NCBI GenBank assembly: GCA_003132585.1
Contig: PKYG01000023.1
Coordinates: 11,841 to 75,840, forward strand
Source of the DNA: Actinomycetota bacterium
Lineage (GTDB): Bacteria; Actinomycetota; Thermoleophilia; UBA2241
Length of the DNA stretch: 64,000 nucleotides
Direction of reading: 5' to 3'
The position numbers and the translations under genes were made by a program. Each line of letters starts with the position of its first letter. The first letter of the stretch is position 1. Below, in pieces: positions 30,765 to 39,717 of this stretch. A model generated the notes under the pieces. The model searched no databases. It was not told where the DNA came from and saw only the letters and a list, made by a program, of their open reading frames with translations.

Positions 30765-31016
30765 CGATCTGCTGCCGTAGGGCGACGGGCTCGGAGGTGG
30801 ACACCGAGCTGACGCCTCCATCGTAGCATCGACCTCCTGCGTGGCAAGGCCGCTTGCAGGCCCATGCGGCGTCGCTGCAGGTTCACTTGACCAAAGTCAA
30901 GTTGGCGCCGCGGCGTGAGGGTGCATGGTCATCGTTGTCAGCTCCCACCTCCGGTGGTAGCGTCGTCACGCCATACAATGGCGGATTCTCCAAGCCCCGG
31001 GTCCTACGGCTCTCAG

Positions 31017-31118
31017 CTACGGACCCCGGGCCGTACCACGGACAGACCGTGGGGCGTCGCTGGTGGCGACGTCGTGGGCCCGGCCGGAAACGACCGGACC
31101 TCCCCGTGCTTGGAAAGG
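31017..31118 (+). promoter_or_regulatory. Copy B of the same leader RNA element, immediately upstream of and including the SD of the molybdate transporter gene; candidate riboswitch
   Basis: CUACGG…CCACGGACAGACCGUGG…GCGUCGCUGGUGGCGACGU…GGCCCGGCCGGAAACGACCGGACCUCCCCGUGCUUGGAAAGGAG followed by the GTG start. TACAAT at 30974-30979. Confidence 0.55.
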
Positions 31119-31130
31119 AGAGTGGTCCGC

Positions 31131-32504
31131 GTGGCGGAGCCTTGGGCTCGCGTCACCCATCGCGACGAGCCACCCGCTCGACGACGGGTCGGCGGCGGCT
31201 CGTTGGCACAGGCGATTCGCTTCAACCGCTTCGAGCTCGCCGGCAGTATCGCCGACGTCGGTCTGATGGTCCCGCTGGCGTGCGGCGTCGCCGTCGCCAG
31301 CGGGGCCAACCTGGCCGTCATCTTCGCCTGCGTGGCGGCCAGCTACGCCGCCGTCGCCCTCGCTTTCCGGGCGCCCGTGCCGGTGCAGCCCATGAAGGTC
31401 ATGGCCGCCACGGTCATCGCCCTGCGACTCTCGCCCACCGTGGTCGGGATCGCAGGCGTTGAGATCGGGCTGGTGTTCCTTGTGCTCGCGCTCACGCCCG
31501 CCATGCGCGTGCTCGCGCGCCTGTTCCCGGCCGCGGTGATTCGCGGCATCCAGCTCGCGATCGGCCTGCTGCTGATAAAGAGCGCCATCCGCATGGCCAA
31601 CACGCCCAAGGCACTGCCGGGGAGCGCCCAGGGCATCCACGTGGGGAGTGTCACCGTATGGGCCGGCGTGGTGCTCGCCGCGGTCATCGGCCTGATCATG
31701 CTGATCCACCGGGGACGCGGACGCGTGCCCCTCGGCCTGCTGGTGCTCGCCGCGGGCGCGATCGTCGGCCTCGTCGCCCTGACGCTGGGCGTGGGCCACG
31801 TGGCTTCGGTCTCGGGAGTCTCCAGGAACGCGATCGTGCACCTACCCTCCGCCGGCGACGCCTGGGTGGCTTTCGTCGTCCTCGTCCTTCCCCAGCTTCC
31901 CCTGTCGCTCGGCAACGCCGTCTACGCCACCGAGGACGCGATGCAGCACTACTACAGCGATCAGGCGGCTCGGGTCACCCCGAGGAACCTCGGGGTGAGC
32001 ATGGGGGTGATCAACCTGGTCTGCGGAGCGCTCTCGGGCATGCCTCTCTGCCACGGCTCCTCCGGTGCGACCGCCGCCTACCGCTTCGGCGGGCGCACAG
32101 CGGGAACGACGCTGCTCGCCGGGGCATTCTACGCGCTGCTGGCGGTGGCCGTGGTCTTCCATGCGTCGCCACTCCTCGTGCCCGGCGCGGTCCTAGCGGG
32201 GCTCCTGCTCTTCGTCGGCATCGAGCACAGCCTGCTGGTGGCCGACCTGCGCTCGCTCGACGCGGTGGCGAGCGCCGCCGTGATCGGCGTCGCGACCCTC
32301 CTCACCGGGAACATGACCATTGGCTTCCTGCTGGGATGGGCGTGCTATGCGGCGCTGCGGCGGACGCCGTTGCGCCGCGTGCCGGTCCGCTGGCCGCGCC
32401 TGACGGCGTGGCTGGCGCCGCGACCGCAGGTCGCGGCGGCAGGACTGGCAGCCAGCGCCACTGCCGTGGCACCGCTCGCGCCGGCGGGCGGCGAGCGTCA
32501 GTAG
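31131..32504 (+). CDS. MOT1-family molybdate transporter (MFS_MOT1 / sulfate-permease-like)
   Basis: PVQPMKVMAATVIAL and SGMPLCHGSSGATAAY match the two MOT1 signature motifs (PxQPMK, CHGxGG). ~10 TM. GTG 31131 (or 31122) with AAGGAG upstream; the ORF-track start at 30915 overlaps the leader element. Confidence 0.6.
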   Translation: MAEPWARVTHRDEPPARRRVGGGSLAQAIRFNRFELAGSIADVGLMVPLACGVAVASGANLAVIFACVAASYAAVALAFRAPVPVQPMKVMAATVIALRLSPTVVGIAGVEIGLVFLVLALTPAMRVLARLFPAAVIRGIQLAIGLLLIKSAIRMANTPKALPGSAQGIHVGSVTVWAGVVLAAVIGLIMLIHRGRGRVPLGLLVLAAGAIVGLVALTLGVGHVASVSGVSRNAIVHLPSAGDAWVAFVVLVLPQLPLSLGNAVYATEDAMQHYYSDQAARVTPRNLGVSMGVINLVCGALSGMPLCHGSSGATAAYRFGGRTAGTTLLAGAFYALLAVAVVFHASPLLVPGAVLAGLLLFVGIEHSLLVADLRSLDAVASAAVIGVATLLTGNMTIGFLLGWACYAALRRTPLRRVPVRWPRLTAWLAPRPQVAAAGLAASATAVAPLAPAGGERQ

Positions 32505-33007
32505 CGGCGCAAGAGGTCGAGGCGCTCGGCGAGGAAGCCCGCGAGGCGCGCCGCCTCGCCGAGCCCGAAGACGTTCTCGTGCACCAGGTCCGCATCGGTC
32601 ACCAGCGCGAGCGCCTCGCCGGGCGCGCGGAGCGGCTGCTGGTGGCCGGCGGCCCGGCGGAAGACCTCCACCTTGTGCGGAGCCTGCAGCTTGTGGCCCT
32701 CGACCACGACGATGTCGAAGCCTGTGAAGAAACGCAGGACCAGGTCGGCGAGTTTCGCCTCACGATCGAGGCGGGCGACAAACGCGAGCTTGTCAGGCGA
32801 GTCGACCAGGTAGGCCTCGGCTCCCGCCTGCTCCATCCGCCAGGAGTCCTTGCCGGGCACGTCGACGTCGAAGCGGTGGGCGTCGTGCTTGACGGCCCCC
32901 ACGCGCAGCCCGAGGGCGCGGAGCTCGGGGATGAGCGCCTCAAGCAGGGTCGTCTTGCCGCTGTCGCTCTTGCCGACCACGCAGACCACAGCCGGACGCC
33001 GCACAAC
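32498..33007 (-). CDS. mobB: Molybdopterin-guanine dinucleotide biosynthesis adapter protein
   Basis: VVCVVGKSDSGKTTLLEALIPELRALGLRVGAVKHDAHRFDVDVPGKDSWR… (P-loop MobB). GTG start ~33007; convergent overlap with the 3' end of the MOT1 gene. Confidence 0.7.
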   Translation of the reverse strand, partial: VVRRPAVVCVVGKSDSGKTTLLEALIPELRALGLRVGAVKHDAHRFDVDVPGKDSWRMEQAGAEAYLVDSPDKLAFVARLDREAKLADLVLRFFTGFDIVVVEGHKLQAPHKVEVFRRAAGHQQPLRAPGEALALVTDADLVHENVFGLGEAARLAGFLAERLDLLRRY

Positions 33008-33066
33008 GCCGTCCCGTCCCTCGCTCTCCAGCCGCCGCCGCGCTTCCTCGAGGTCGGCGGGCGTGT

Positions 33067-33516
33067 TCAGGCTGAAGAAGAGCGCTGCCGAGGCGAACGG
33101 CACCTCGGCCACGCGCACTTCTCGGTAACCGGCAGCCCGACGTCCACGTCGCCGAACGCCTCGACGACCTCCTTGACCGCCGCACGCTCGGTGAACGCCA
33201 TGTCGGCGGCGAGCACGAAGATCGGCTCGCCGAAATGGGCGAGCGCGCTGACGATCCCCGCCAGCGGCGACCCCGGCGTCTCGTCGTAGACGACCTCGAA
33301 GCCCGAGGGAATCAGATCGGGCGATGCGCCGGCACGCAGCGAGACGGCAAGCCTCGGGAACACCTCGCGCAAGATGGTGGCGTTCCGCTCGATCAGCGTC
33401 GTTCCGCCGAGCATCTGCGTACGCTTGTCGAACCCCATTCTCCGCGCCTCGCCGCCGGCGAGCAGGACCCCGGTTGCGACCCGTCGACGTGGCGCTTGTC
33501 CAGTAGGCATCATCTC
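33067..33516 (-). pseudogene. mobA: Molybdenum cofactor guanylyltransferase, disrupted (internal deletion plus frameshift); the C-terminal motif continues in the mobB frame
   Basis: Frame A: MPTGQAPRRRVATGVLLAGGEARRMGFDKR…DVDVGLPVTE then nonsense and a stop at 33067. Frame B from ~33115: …YREVRVAEVPFASAALFFSLNTPADLEEA (MobA C-terminal motif) running into mobB. About 35 residues expected between the two segments are absent. Confidence 0.6.
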
Positions 33517-33540
33517 GGCCCGATCGTACCCCACATCCGG

Positions 33541-33885
33541 TTGACCTGCCCCCATCCATCGGTCCACTTCCGATGATAGTGCGAGAGCCGGTCCCTGTGT
33601 GAGGACGGCAGGTTGGTCCGACTGCTGGACGTTCCCGTGTCGTGCTCTGCCGTCAGAAAGTCCGGATTTGCAGCGGCTTCTGTCGTCTCGCCGACGCCGA
33701 GCCGACGTCGGCGGCGCAGTACCTCACCAACTGCAGCGATTCACAAGGCCATTGAACCTGACTCGAGGCGCCAACGCTGATGAAGCAGGCATCTGGAGAT
33801 TCAAGGTCGGTCGAGATCATCGTCTGAGCCCAGAAGAGGCCGCCGAGGAACTGCTGGGTGCCCTCGGCGGCCTCTCTTTCGGTCG
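33541..33885. repeat. Copy 1 (diverged, full length) of a ~350-nt multi-copy intergenic element (P1 + degenerate M/Q modules)
   Basis: 33575-33715 is ~80% identical to 35650-35790, with compensatory hairpin changes (GGTCC…GGAC versus GACC…GGTC). Entirely intergenic between mobA and the GGDEF gene. Confidence 0.6.
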
Positions 33886-33886
33886 T

Positions 33887-35539
33887 TCAGAACTCGCACA
33901 CCACGACCTGGTTCTTTCCTCTGCGCTTGGCGTCGTACATTGCGGCGTCGGCTGCGGACACTAGTCCCTCGGCATCGACGAAGAGAGGCGGTGATGCCGA
34001 CACTCCCACCGACACGGTGATTCGTTCGGGCATCCCCAGTTCGGCCGACCGTAGCCGAGTAGTTTCCTCTATCTCCTTGCGAATGCGCTCGCCGACACCG
34101 GCTGCTCCATCCGTCGTGGGCCCAGGTCCCGGGCGTGATTCGGCCACCTGCGGCAGCAGGCGGCTCGCCTCATGAACCAACCGGCTGCCACACTCGCGAC
34201 CTCCGTCGATGGGTGTATCCGGCAAGATGATCGCGAACTCCTCGCCTCCGTACCGTGCGGGAATGTCGATGTCGCAACGCAAGTGGGTCTGCAGGAGCTG
34301 CGCAACCGCGCGCAGAGCTTGGTCTCCGGTTTGGTGACCGTGGCGATCGTTGAAACGCTTGAAGTCGTCGATGTCCACCATGAGCAGAGAAAGTGAAGAC
34401 CCGTAGCGTCGTGACCTAGCCACCTCCTCGCGTAGACGTCGGTAGAAGAACCTGTGGTTGTAGAGCCCGGTGAGTCCGTCGGTGATTGCCTCCGACTCGA
34501 GTAACGCATAAAGCTTCGCGTTTTCCATGGCGGCAGCAGTGAGCTCGCCCACGGCGCAAACAAGATCGATCTCAGTCTTGGAGTACCGGCGCTCCACGCA
34601 TGTTTCGGCCAGGACTATCATGCCGAGAGCCTGCCCCTTGAATACGAGGGGGATCTCAAGCCGACTCTTCTCGCCGGGTTGGAGTTTGCACGACCTCATG
34701 CCGGCCACCGGCGCGGGATCAGGCACCTTGTCGGCGGCAATGACGCCCTCTCGCACCACGGCCTGTTCACAGGGATGGTCGGCCAGCGCGATGACACCCG
34801 CAGGACGGCGCACCTTCTTTGCTCCCGATTCATGGGAGGCACGCCGCACCAGCGAGTCCGAGCTTCTGTCATAGGCGTAGACGGTGCAGCGCGAGGCGCC
34901 GAGAGCCGACGCTGCCTTTGCCGTCATCACGCCCAAGGTGCCGACGATATCCACCGGCGACGTCAGAGCCCGGCCTGCGTCGGCTAGTGTGCCCAAGTGC
35001 CGGTTCTGCTCCTCCAGCCGCCGGAACGCGTGCGCGTTGTTGATGGCGATCGCCGCCTGCACGGCGAGCTGCCCGAAGAGTGTGCGCTCGGCCGGCGTGA
35101 AGCGCCTCAGCGCGCGCGTCTCCACGAGGCCGAGCACGCCGATGACGCGATCGCCGTAGACGAGCGGCGTGTCGATCGTGGTCTGGAAGCCCCACTTGTC
35201 GAAGGACGCGCGGTCTATGGGCGGCAGGTCGGGGTCGTCGCTGTGCAGCTCGACGGTCCGCCGGCCCTCGACGACGGCGAGCATATTGTCCCAGTCGTCG
35301 AGCTCGGCGGTGTCCCCCACGGCGTCGCCGTACGGGTTCTTCTCGGCGGCGCACCAGGTGGCCACGAAGGTCATGTGCCGCGCGCCCGGCTCGTACTCCC
35401 AGATGTCGCATGAGAAGACGCCCATAGCCTCACCGATCTGGCGAGCGACCGTGGCCAGGATATCTTCTGCGGCGAGGCTCGATGCCAGCGTGGCGCTGAC
35501 TTCGGCGAGGATGCTCTGTGGAGGTCTCCGCGTGACCAT
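33887..35539 (-). CDS. GAF-GAF-GGDEF diguanylate cyclase
   Basis: Two GAF domains followed by GLTGLYNHRFF…LLMVDIDDFKRFNDRHGHQTGDQAL…RYGGEEFAIILP (GGEEF active site). Confidence 0.85.
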   Translation of the reverse strand: MVTRRPPQSILAEVSATLASSLAAEDILATVARQIGEAMGVFSCDIWEYEPGARHMTFVATWCAAEKNPYGDAVGDTAELDDWDNMLAVVEGRRTVELHSDDPDLPPIDRASFDKWGFQTTIDTPLVYGDRVIGVLGLVETRALRRFTPAERTLFGQLAVQAAIAINNAHAFRRLEEQNRHLGTLADAGRALTSPVDIVGTLGVMTAKAASALGASRCTVYAYDRSSDSLVRRASHESGAKKVRRPAGVIALADHPCEQAVVREGVIAADKVPDPAPVAGMRSCKLQPGEKSRLEIPLVFKGQALGMIVLAETCVERRYSKTEIDLVCAVGELTAAAMENAKLYALLESEAITDGLTGLYNHRFFYRRLREEVARSRRYGSSLSLLMVDIDDFKRFNDRHGHQTGDQALRAVAQLLQTHLRCDIDIPARYGGEEFAIILPDTPIDGGRECGSRLVHEASRLLPQVAESRPGPGPTTDGAAGVGERIRKEIEETTRLRSAELGMPERITVSVGVSASPPLFVDAEGLVSAADAAMYDAKRRGKNQVVVCEF

Positions 35540-35610
35540 GGGGTCACACTACCACCTGATGCACCGCGACCGTGCCGTGTGCTAAGGCGCGCTTGACCGC
35601 ATCACGTGGT

Positions 35611-35980
35611 GATCTGACCCCATTCGTTGGTCCGATTCTCATGCTAGTGCGAGCGTCGGTCGCCGTGTGAGGACGGCAGGTTGGACCGTTTGCTGGAGGT
35701 CTTGGGGGAACCTCTCGCCTCTGAAGTGCTGGAGGTCTTGTTCTTGTGTCTGGCCGTCAGAAAGCCAAGACTTGCAGCGACTGCTGTCGTCTCGCCGACG
35801 CGAAGCCGACGTGTGCTGCTGTGAAGACCCCCAGCAGCCAACGTGAGGGCGCCGACACATGCCGACGCCACCAGGGGCCGTACAGCGCTACAGAGCGTAC
35901 GTGAGCTGGTCGGCGATCTTCGATCCGAAAACCATAACCTCAACCTGGATCGATTTCAGGGGTGCGGGTCAACGGTACCC
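35611..35980. repeat. Copy Y (most complete: P1 + M + Q) of the multi-copy intergenic element, between the GGDEF gene and the integrase
   Basis: Shares P1 with 33575-33715 and M+Q with 58111-58286; Q also matches 22557-22630. Contains an internal 13-nt tandem duplication (gctggaggtcttg x2). Confidence 0.6.
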
Positions 35981-36004
35981 CTCCCAGTGATGAGGAGGTC
36001 GACC

Positions 36005-37246
36005 ATGCGCGGCCACATCCGCAAGCGCGGCAAACAAGGCTACGAGTACATCATCGACATCGGTCCCCACCCCGCCCAGCGCTGCCAGAGTTGCAGCAAG
36101 CGCTTCTGGGTGGAGCGGCGACCGAAACGCAGCTGTCCCCGATGCGGCGGTGAGCTCTCCGAGGTCGAGGAGCGTCGGCGCGAGACCAAGGCCGGCTTTC
36201 GCACGCTGACCGAGGCGCAGCAGGCGATGAGCAAGGCGCTCACGGCGGTCGCAGAGCAGCGCCACGTGATCGCCACGCCCGTCAGCGTAGCTGAGTTTCT
36301 CATCGACGTCTGGCTGCCGGCGATCATGCCCACCGTCAGGCCGACGACTCATGCCGGCTATCGCAGCGCCTGTTTGCGCCACGTCTGCCCCCGCCTCGGG
36401 CAGGTGAAGCTGCAGCGCTTAGACGGCGCGATGCTCAACTCACTCTATGCGCATCTCTCAAAAGCAGGCGGCATCCGCCGCGAAGGCGGCCTGGCGCCGC
36501 GCAGCGTGGCCCTCGTGCACCGCACCCTGCACCGCGCCCTCGCGGACGCCGTGCGCTGGGGCTATCTTCCCTACAGCACAGCCGATAGAGCCGACCCGCC
36601 GCGGCAGACGGGCCTCGAGCGTGAGCTGCCCGTCTGGTCTGAGGAGCAGTTGCACAGCTTTCTCGATAGTGTGCGCGAGGAGCGCCTCTACCCGCTGTGG
36701 CGCTTTCTCTCGATGACCGGCTGCCGGCGCGGTGAGGCCTTAGGGCTGCAATGGCGTGATCTCGACATGGAGAGTTCCCGCGTTGCCATCCGCCGAGCAC
36801 TGATCCCGATCGATGGCAAGCTGCTTGTCTCGGAGCCGAAGACAAAACGTGGGCGCCGGCTGATCGCCCTCGATCAAGAGACCTTGGCGGTCTTGCGCGA
36901 ACAAGCCGCCTGCCAGCTCTCCGAGGAGCGCCTCTGGGGTGAGGGCTGGGTGTCCTCGGGCTACGTCTTTACCAAGGAGAGCGGCGAGCCGCTGCACCCC
37001 GAGCGGATCAGCGCCCTCTTTGGTCGCCTGGTGCGCCGGGCGTGTTTGCCCAAGATCCCCCTGCATGGCCTCAGACACACCTATGCCAGCCTCGCGCTCG
37101 CCAAGGGCGTCAATCCGCTGATCGTCTCCCGCCGGCTGGGGCACTCGACGGTGGCCTTTACCTTGGACGTCTACTCACACGTCCTGCCACAGGTCGATGC
37201 CGAGGCGGCGGAGCTGATCGCCGGCATCTCCCCACGCCTCAGCTGA
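36005..37246 (+). CDS. Tyrosine-type site-specific recombinase/integrase (phage-integrase family)
   Basis: C-terminal LHGLRHTYASLALAKGVNPLIVSRRLGHSTVAFTLDVYSHV (R-H-R-Y catalytic region). ATG 36005 with a GAGGAGG Shine-Dalgarno; the ORF-track start at 35843 lies within the repeat element. Confidence 0.85.
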   Translation: MRGHIRKRGKQGYEYIIDIGPHPAQRCQSCSKRFWVERRPKRSCPRCGGELSEVEERRRETKAGFRTLTEAQQAMSKALTAVAEQRHVIATPVSVAEFLIDVWLPAIMPTVRPTTHAGYRSACLRHVCPRLGQVKLQRLDGAMLNSLYAHLSKAGGIRREGGLAPRSVALVHRTLHRALADAVRWGYLPYSTADRADPPRQTGLERELPVWSEEQLHSFLDSVREERLYPLWRFLSMTGCRRGEALGLQWRDLDMESSRVAIRRALIPIDGKLLVSEPKTKRGRRLIALDQETLAVLREQAACQLSEERLWGEGWVSSGYVFTKESGEPLHPERISALFGRLVRRACLPKIPLHGLRHTYASLALAKGVNPLIVSRRLGHSTVAFTLDVYSHVLPQVDAEAAELIAGISPRLS

Positions 37247-37729
37247 CTCCGGCTTCCCACACGCAAGTCACGCTCGATCAAGATCGACTCCTCGTGCCCG
37301 CGTTGCGCGCTCGACGCTTGTGTCAGTGCGCTCAGAAACCTGCGTCATTTGCAGGGGGAAATCAGCTCGATGTCGGCGGAATGGTGACCGCTCACGCCTG
37401 AGCGCGGCGCGGAGGCGCCATTCGTCGCGCCATCCGGTCCGGGAGTTATGCGCGATTTGCAGGCGAAACGGTGGTGGCGGGGGACAGAATTGAACTGTCG
37501 ACACCATGATTTTCAGCCGTCACAGACCGTGCCTGCGGTGCCCGTCTAGCCTCCACACAGCCCCATACAGTGCCACTATTTCCACTGTTTCACATGGGCA
37601 TGTTGGCAAGAATGTTGGCAAGGAAGGAGTAGAACCAGGCAGCCGGTAGCAGCCGTAGACAGGACATTGAAACCGCAGAGGGGCCCGCTCGAGCGATCGG
37701 CGGGCTCCTCTGCATTTGTCACCTTTGAC

Positions 37730-38110
37730 ACCGCTTCGTCGCCCTCTCCGGTTGACCGCCAACGACGTGCTCTGGGTGCTGGCCGATCTCTTCTTGGAGT
37801 ACGGCATCCCCGAGCACATCCGCTCCGACAACGGGCCCGAGTTCGTCGCCAAGGCGGTGCGGGGTTGGCTCTCGCCGAGCTGGGGGTCACCACCCTGTTC
37901 ATCGAGCCCGGCTCGCCTTGGGAGAACCGCTACGTCGAGTCGTTCAACGGCAAGCTCAGAGATGAGCTTCTCAACGGCGAGATCTTCTACACGCTCAAGG
38001 AAGCTCAGATCCTGGTCGCCAACTGGCGGCGGCTCTACAACGGCCTGCGCCCGCACAGCTCGCTGGGACAACGCCCGCCGGCGCCCGAGACGATCGTCTG
38101 GCCGGGCTTC
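37730..38110 (+). pseudogene. IS3-family transposase remnant (rve integrase-core C-terminus, N-truncated and frameshifted)
   Basis: HIRSDNGPEFVAKAV in one frame, then IEPGSPWENRYVESFNGKLRDELLNGEIFYTLKEAQILVANWRRLYNGLRPHSSLG in another frame. No N-terminal HTH or DDE N-part. Confidence 0.55.
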
Positions 38111-38419
38111 TCGCTTGCAGACTTCGGCCCCCCGTCGCCTACACGGGAGGTAGCCCTGGGACTGATATGGAGCAGCATCTGTCAAGCGGCCGACGTCGAA
38201 CCGCCCGCACTCGCTGAGGCGGGGTTGGAGTGGATTACCGGAGGACGCCGCGGTGAGCGCGCCGGGCTGCGATAGCGACGCGCGGTCAGTCTGATATGCG
38301 CGGGTTTGGCTATCCGCATGACCGTCTCTGCGTCGGGAGCGGCGCTGCTCTAACGGCGAGCGTGGCCCTCTCAGAGGGCTGCTCATAGTCCCATCGCGCA
38401 TGCTCCTCGCGCTGGCGGC

Positions 38420-39700
38420 CCAGCGCACTCGCCGCGGCGTCCTTGAGGTCGCAGCCTTCAGGCGTCCATCGTCGCCAGACTCCAGCACCAGCCGGCCAGA
38501 TCGCGGGCCACGGCCACGGCGGCCACCGTGGAGCGCTTGCCGCGGGCATCGAAGGCAGCCCAGCGTCGCTGCAGGCGCCGCCCCGCGGTCTCGGCGCGCA
38601 CGCGCACCACGGCCGGCTGCCCCTCGCGGCGGCCCGCCAGCTCGCGGCTCGCACGCGAGGCCGGCCGCCGCTGCTGCCAGGCGGCCTCGACCAGCAGGCG
38701 CCGGGCGTGGCCGTTGCCGGTCTTGGTGATCGCTCCCTGGCGGCGGCGCTCACCGGAGGAGGACTCGCTGGGGGTGAGCCCCAGGTAGGCGCCGATCGAG
38801 CGCCCGTCGAAGCGCTGCCAGTCGCCGATCTCGGCGGCCAGCCCGAAGGCGGTCAGGGTGGAGACGCCACGCAGACACGAAAGGCGACCGACCGTCGCCG
38901 CCCAGGGCTGCTTGGCGGCTTCCTCGCAGATCGCCACATCGAGGGCGTCGCGGCGCGCCCGCACGCTCTCGACGGCGGCCACGGCCTCCCCGTAGGCGAG
39001 GGCCAGGCCGCGCATCTCGAAGCGCTGGCTGGCGAGCCAGCGCTCATGCGCCTGCATCCAGGCGCTGCCCTCCCAGACGAGGCCCTGGCGCAGGAGCAGC
39101 TTGGAGAGTCGGTGGCGGGCGCGCATGAGGTCGGAGCGCGCGTCCTCGCGGGCGCGCACGAGGTCACGGGCGGCTTCCTCCTCCAGGCTCGGCACGCGCA
39201 CCGCGACGAGCTCGTCGAGGCGCAGCAGCTTCGCCAGCCGGAGGGCGTCGCGGCGGTCGGTCTTGACGCGCTCGCCGGGGGCGCGGGCGATGCGCGAGGG
39301 GGCGGCCACCAGGCAGGGGATCCGCGCCGCCTCGCAGGCGCGCGCCAGGCCGAAGCCGGTGGGCCCCGCCTCGTAGGCGACGGAGACGGACTCGCCCTGG
39401 GCGCGCAGCCAGGGCAGAAGCTCGGCGGTGCGCGCCGGGGCGCTGCAGATCCTCACCTCGCCGGTACCTGCGTTGAGCATCGCGGCCGCGACCGACCGTG
39501 CGTGCACATCGAGACCGATGAACGTAAGCTCACTCATGCGGCGCCTCCCCGTAAATGCGGCTCTGCCACCACCCGGTGTGGCGGCAACCCGCGCCAACTT
39601 ACGTGGCGGGGCGCCGCGCCGCCACATACGGTCTAACATAAGAAGTGGACCAATGAATGGGGTCTGGTCAGTACGAGCTACAAACAGCCTTGGACGCCAA
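38420..39700 (-). mobile_element. IS110-family insertion sequence (boundaries approximate)
   Basis: Single transposase gene, no obvious terminal inverted repeats (typical of IS110). Sits between the IS3 remnant and the VWA gene. Confidence 0.5.
38458..39537 (-). CDS. IS110-family transposase (DEDD)
   Basis: MSELTFIGLDVHARSVAAAML…YEAGPTGFGLAR… N-terminal DEDD domain; C-terminal …GLTPSESSSGERRRQGAITKTGNGHARRLLVEAAW… Start at ATG 39537. Confidence 0.85.
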   Translation of the reverse strand: MSELTFIGLDVHARSVAAAMLNAGTGEVRICSAPARTAELLPWLRAQGESVSVAYEAGPTGFGLARACEAARIPCLVAAPSRIARAPGERVKTDRRDALRLAKLLRLDELVAVRVPSLEEEAARDLVRAREDARSDLMRARHRLSKLLLRQGLVWEGSAWMQAHERWLASQRFEMRGLALAYGEAVAAVESVRARRDALDVAICEEAAKQPWAATVGRLSCLRGVSTLTAFGLAAEIGDWQRFDGRSIGAYLGLTPSESSSGERRRQGAITKTGNGHARRLLVEAAWQQRRPASRASRELAGRREGQPAVVRVRAETAGRRLQRRWAAFDARGKRSTVAAVAVARDLAGWCWSLATMDA

Positions 39701-39717
39701 GGAGAAACCGGAACCGG

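Noticed and set aside
30915-31130. Longer MOT1 reading frame starting at 30915
   Set aside because: The 5' extension is not protein-like, overlaps the conserved leader RNA element, and lacks a Shine-Dalgarno, whereas AAGGAG precedes the GTG at 31122/31131.
32498-33559. 353-codon ORF as one MobA-MobB fusion protein
   Set aside because: Its first ~140 codons are nonsense and overlap the real MobA frame. Only from about codon 145 does it carry the MobA C-terminal motif and then MobB. Interpreted instead as a disrupted mobA plus mobB (see finding).
33575-33715. RNase P RNA, prompted by CAGAAAGUCCGGAUUUGCAGCGGC resembling the P4 region AGGAAAGUCCGGGCUCC
   Set aside because: The motif is not conserved in the second copy (aaagccaag), the complementary P4 strand ACAGAAyCCGGCUUA is absent, and the element is far too short and duplicated.
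35611-35980. tmRNA (ssrA) or tRNA gene as the integration target next to the integrase
   Set aside because: No GGGG…GGnUUCGAC 5' acceptor/T-like end. No canonical T-arm GGUUCGAnUCC plus CCA-proximal acceptor at the 3' end. No tag reading frame ending …ALAA-stop. The related copies are only 75-85% identical, unlike att duplications.
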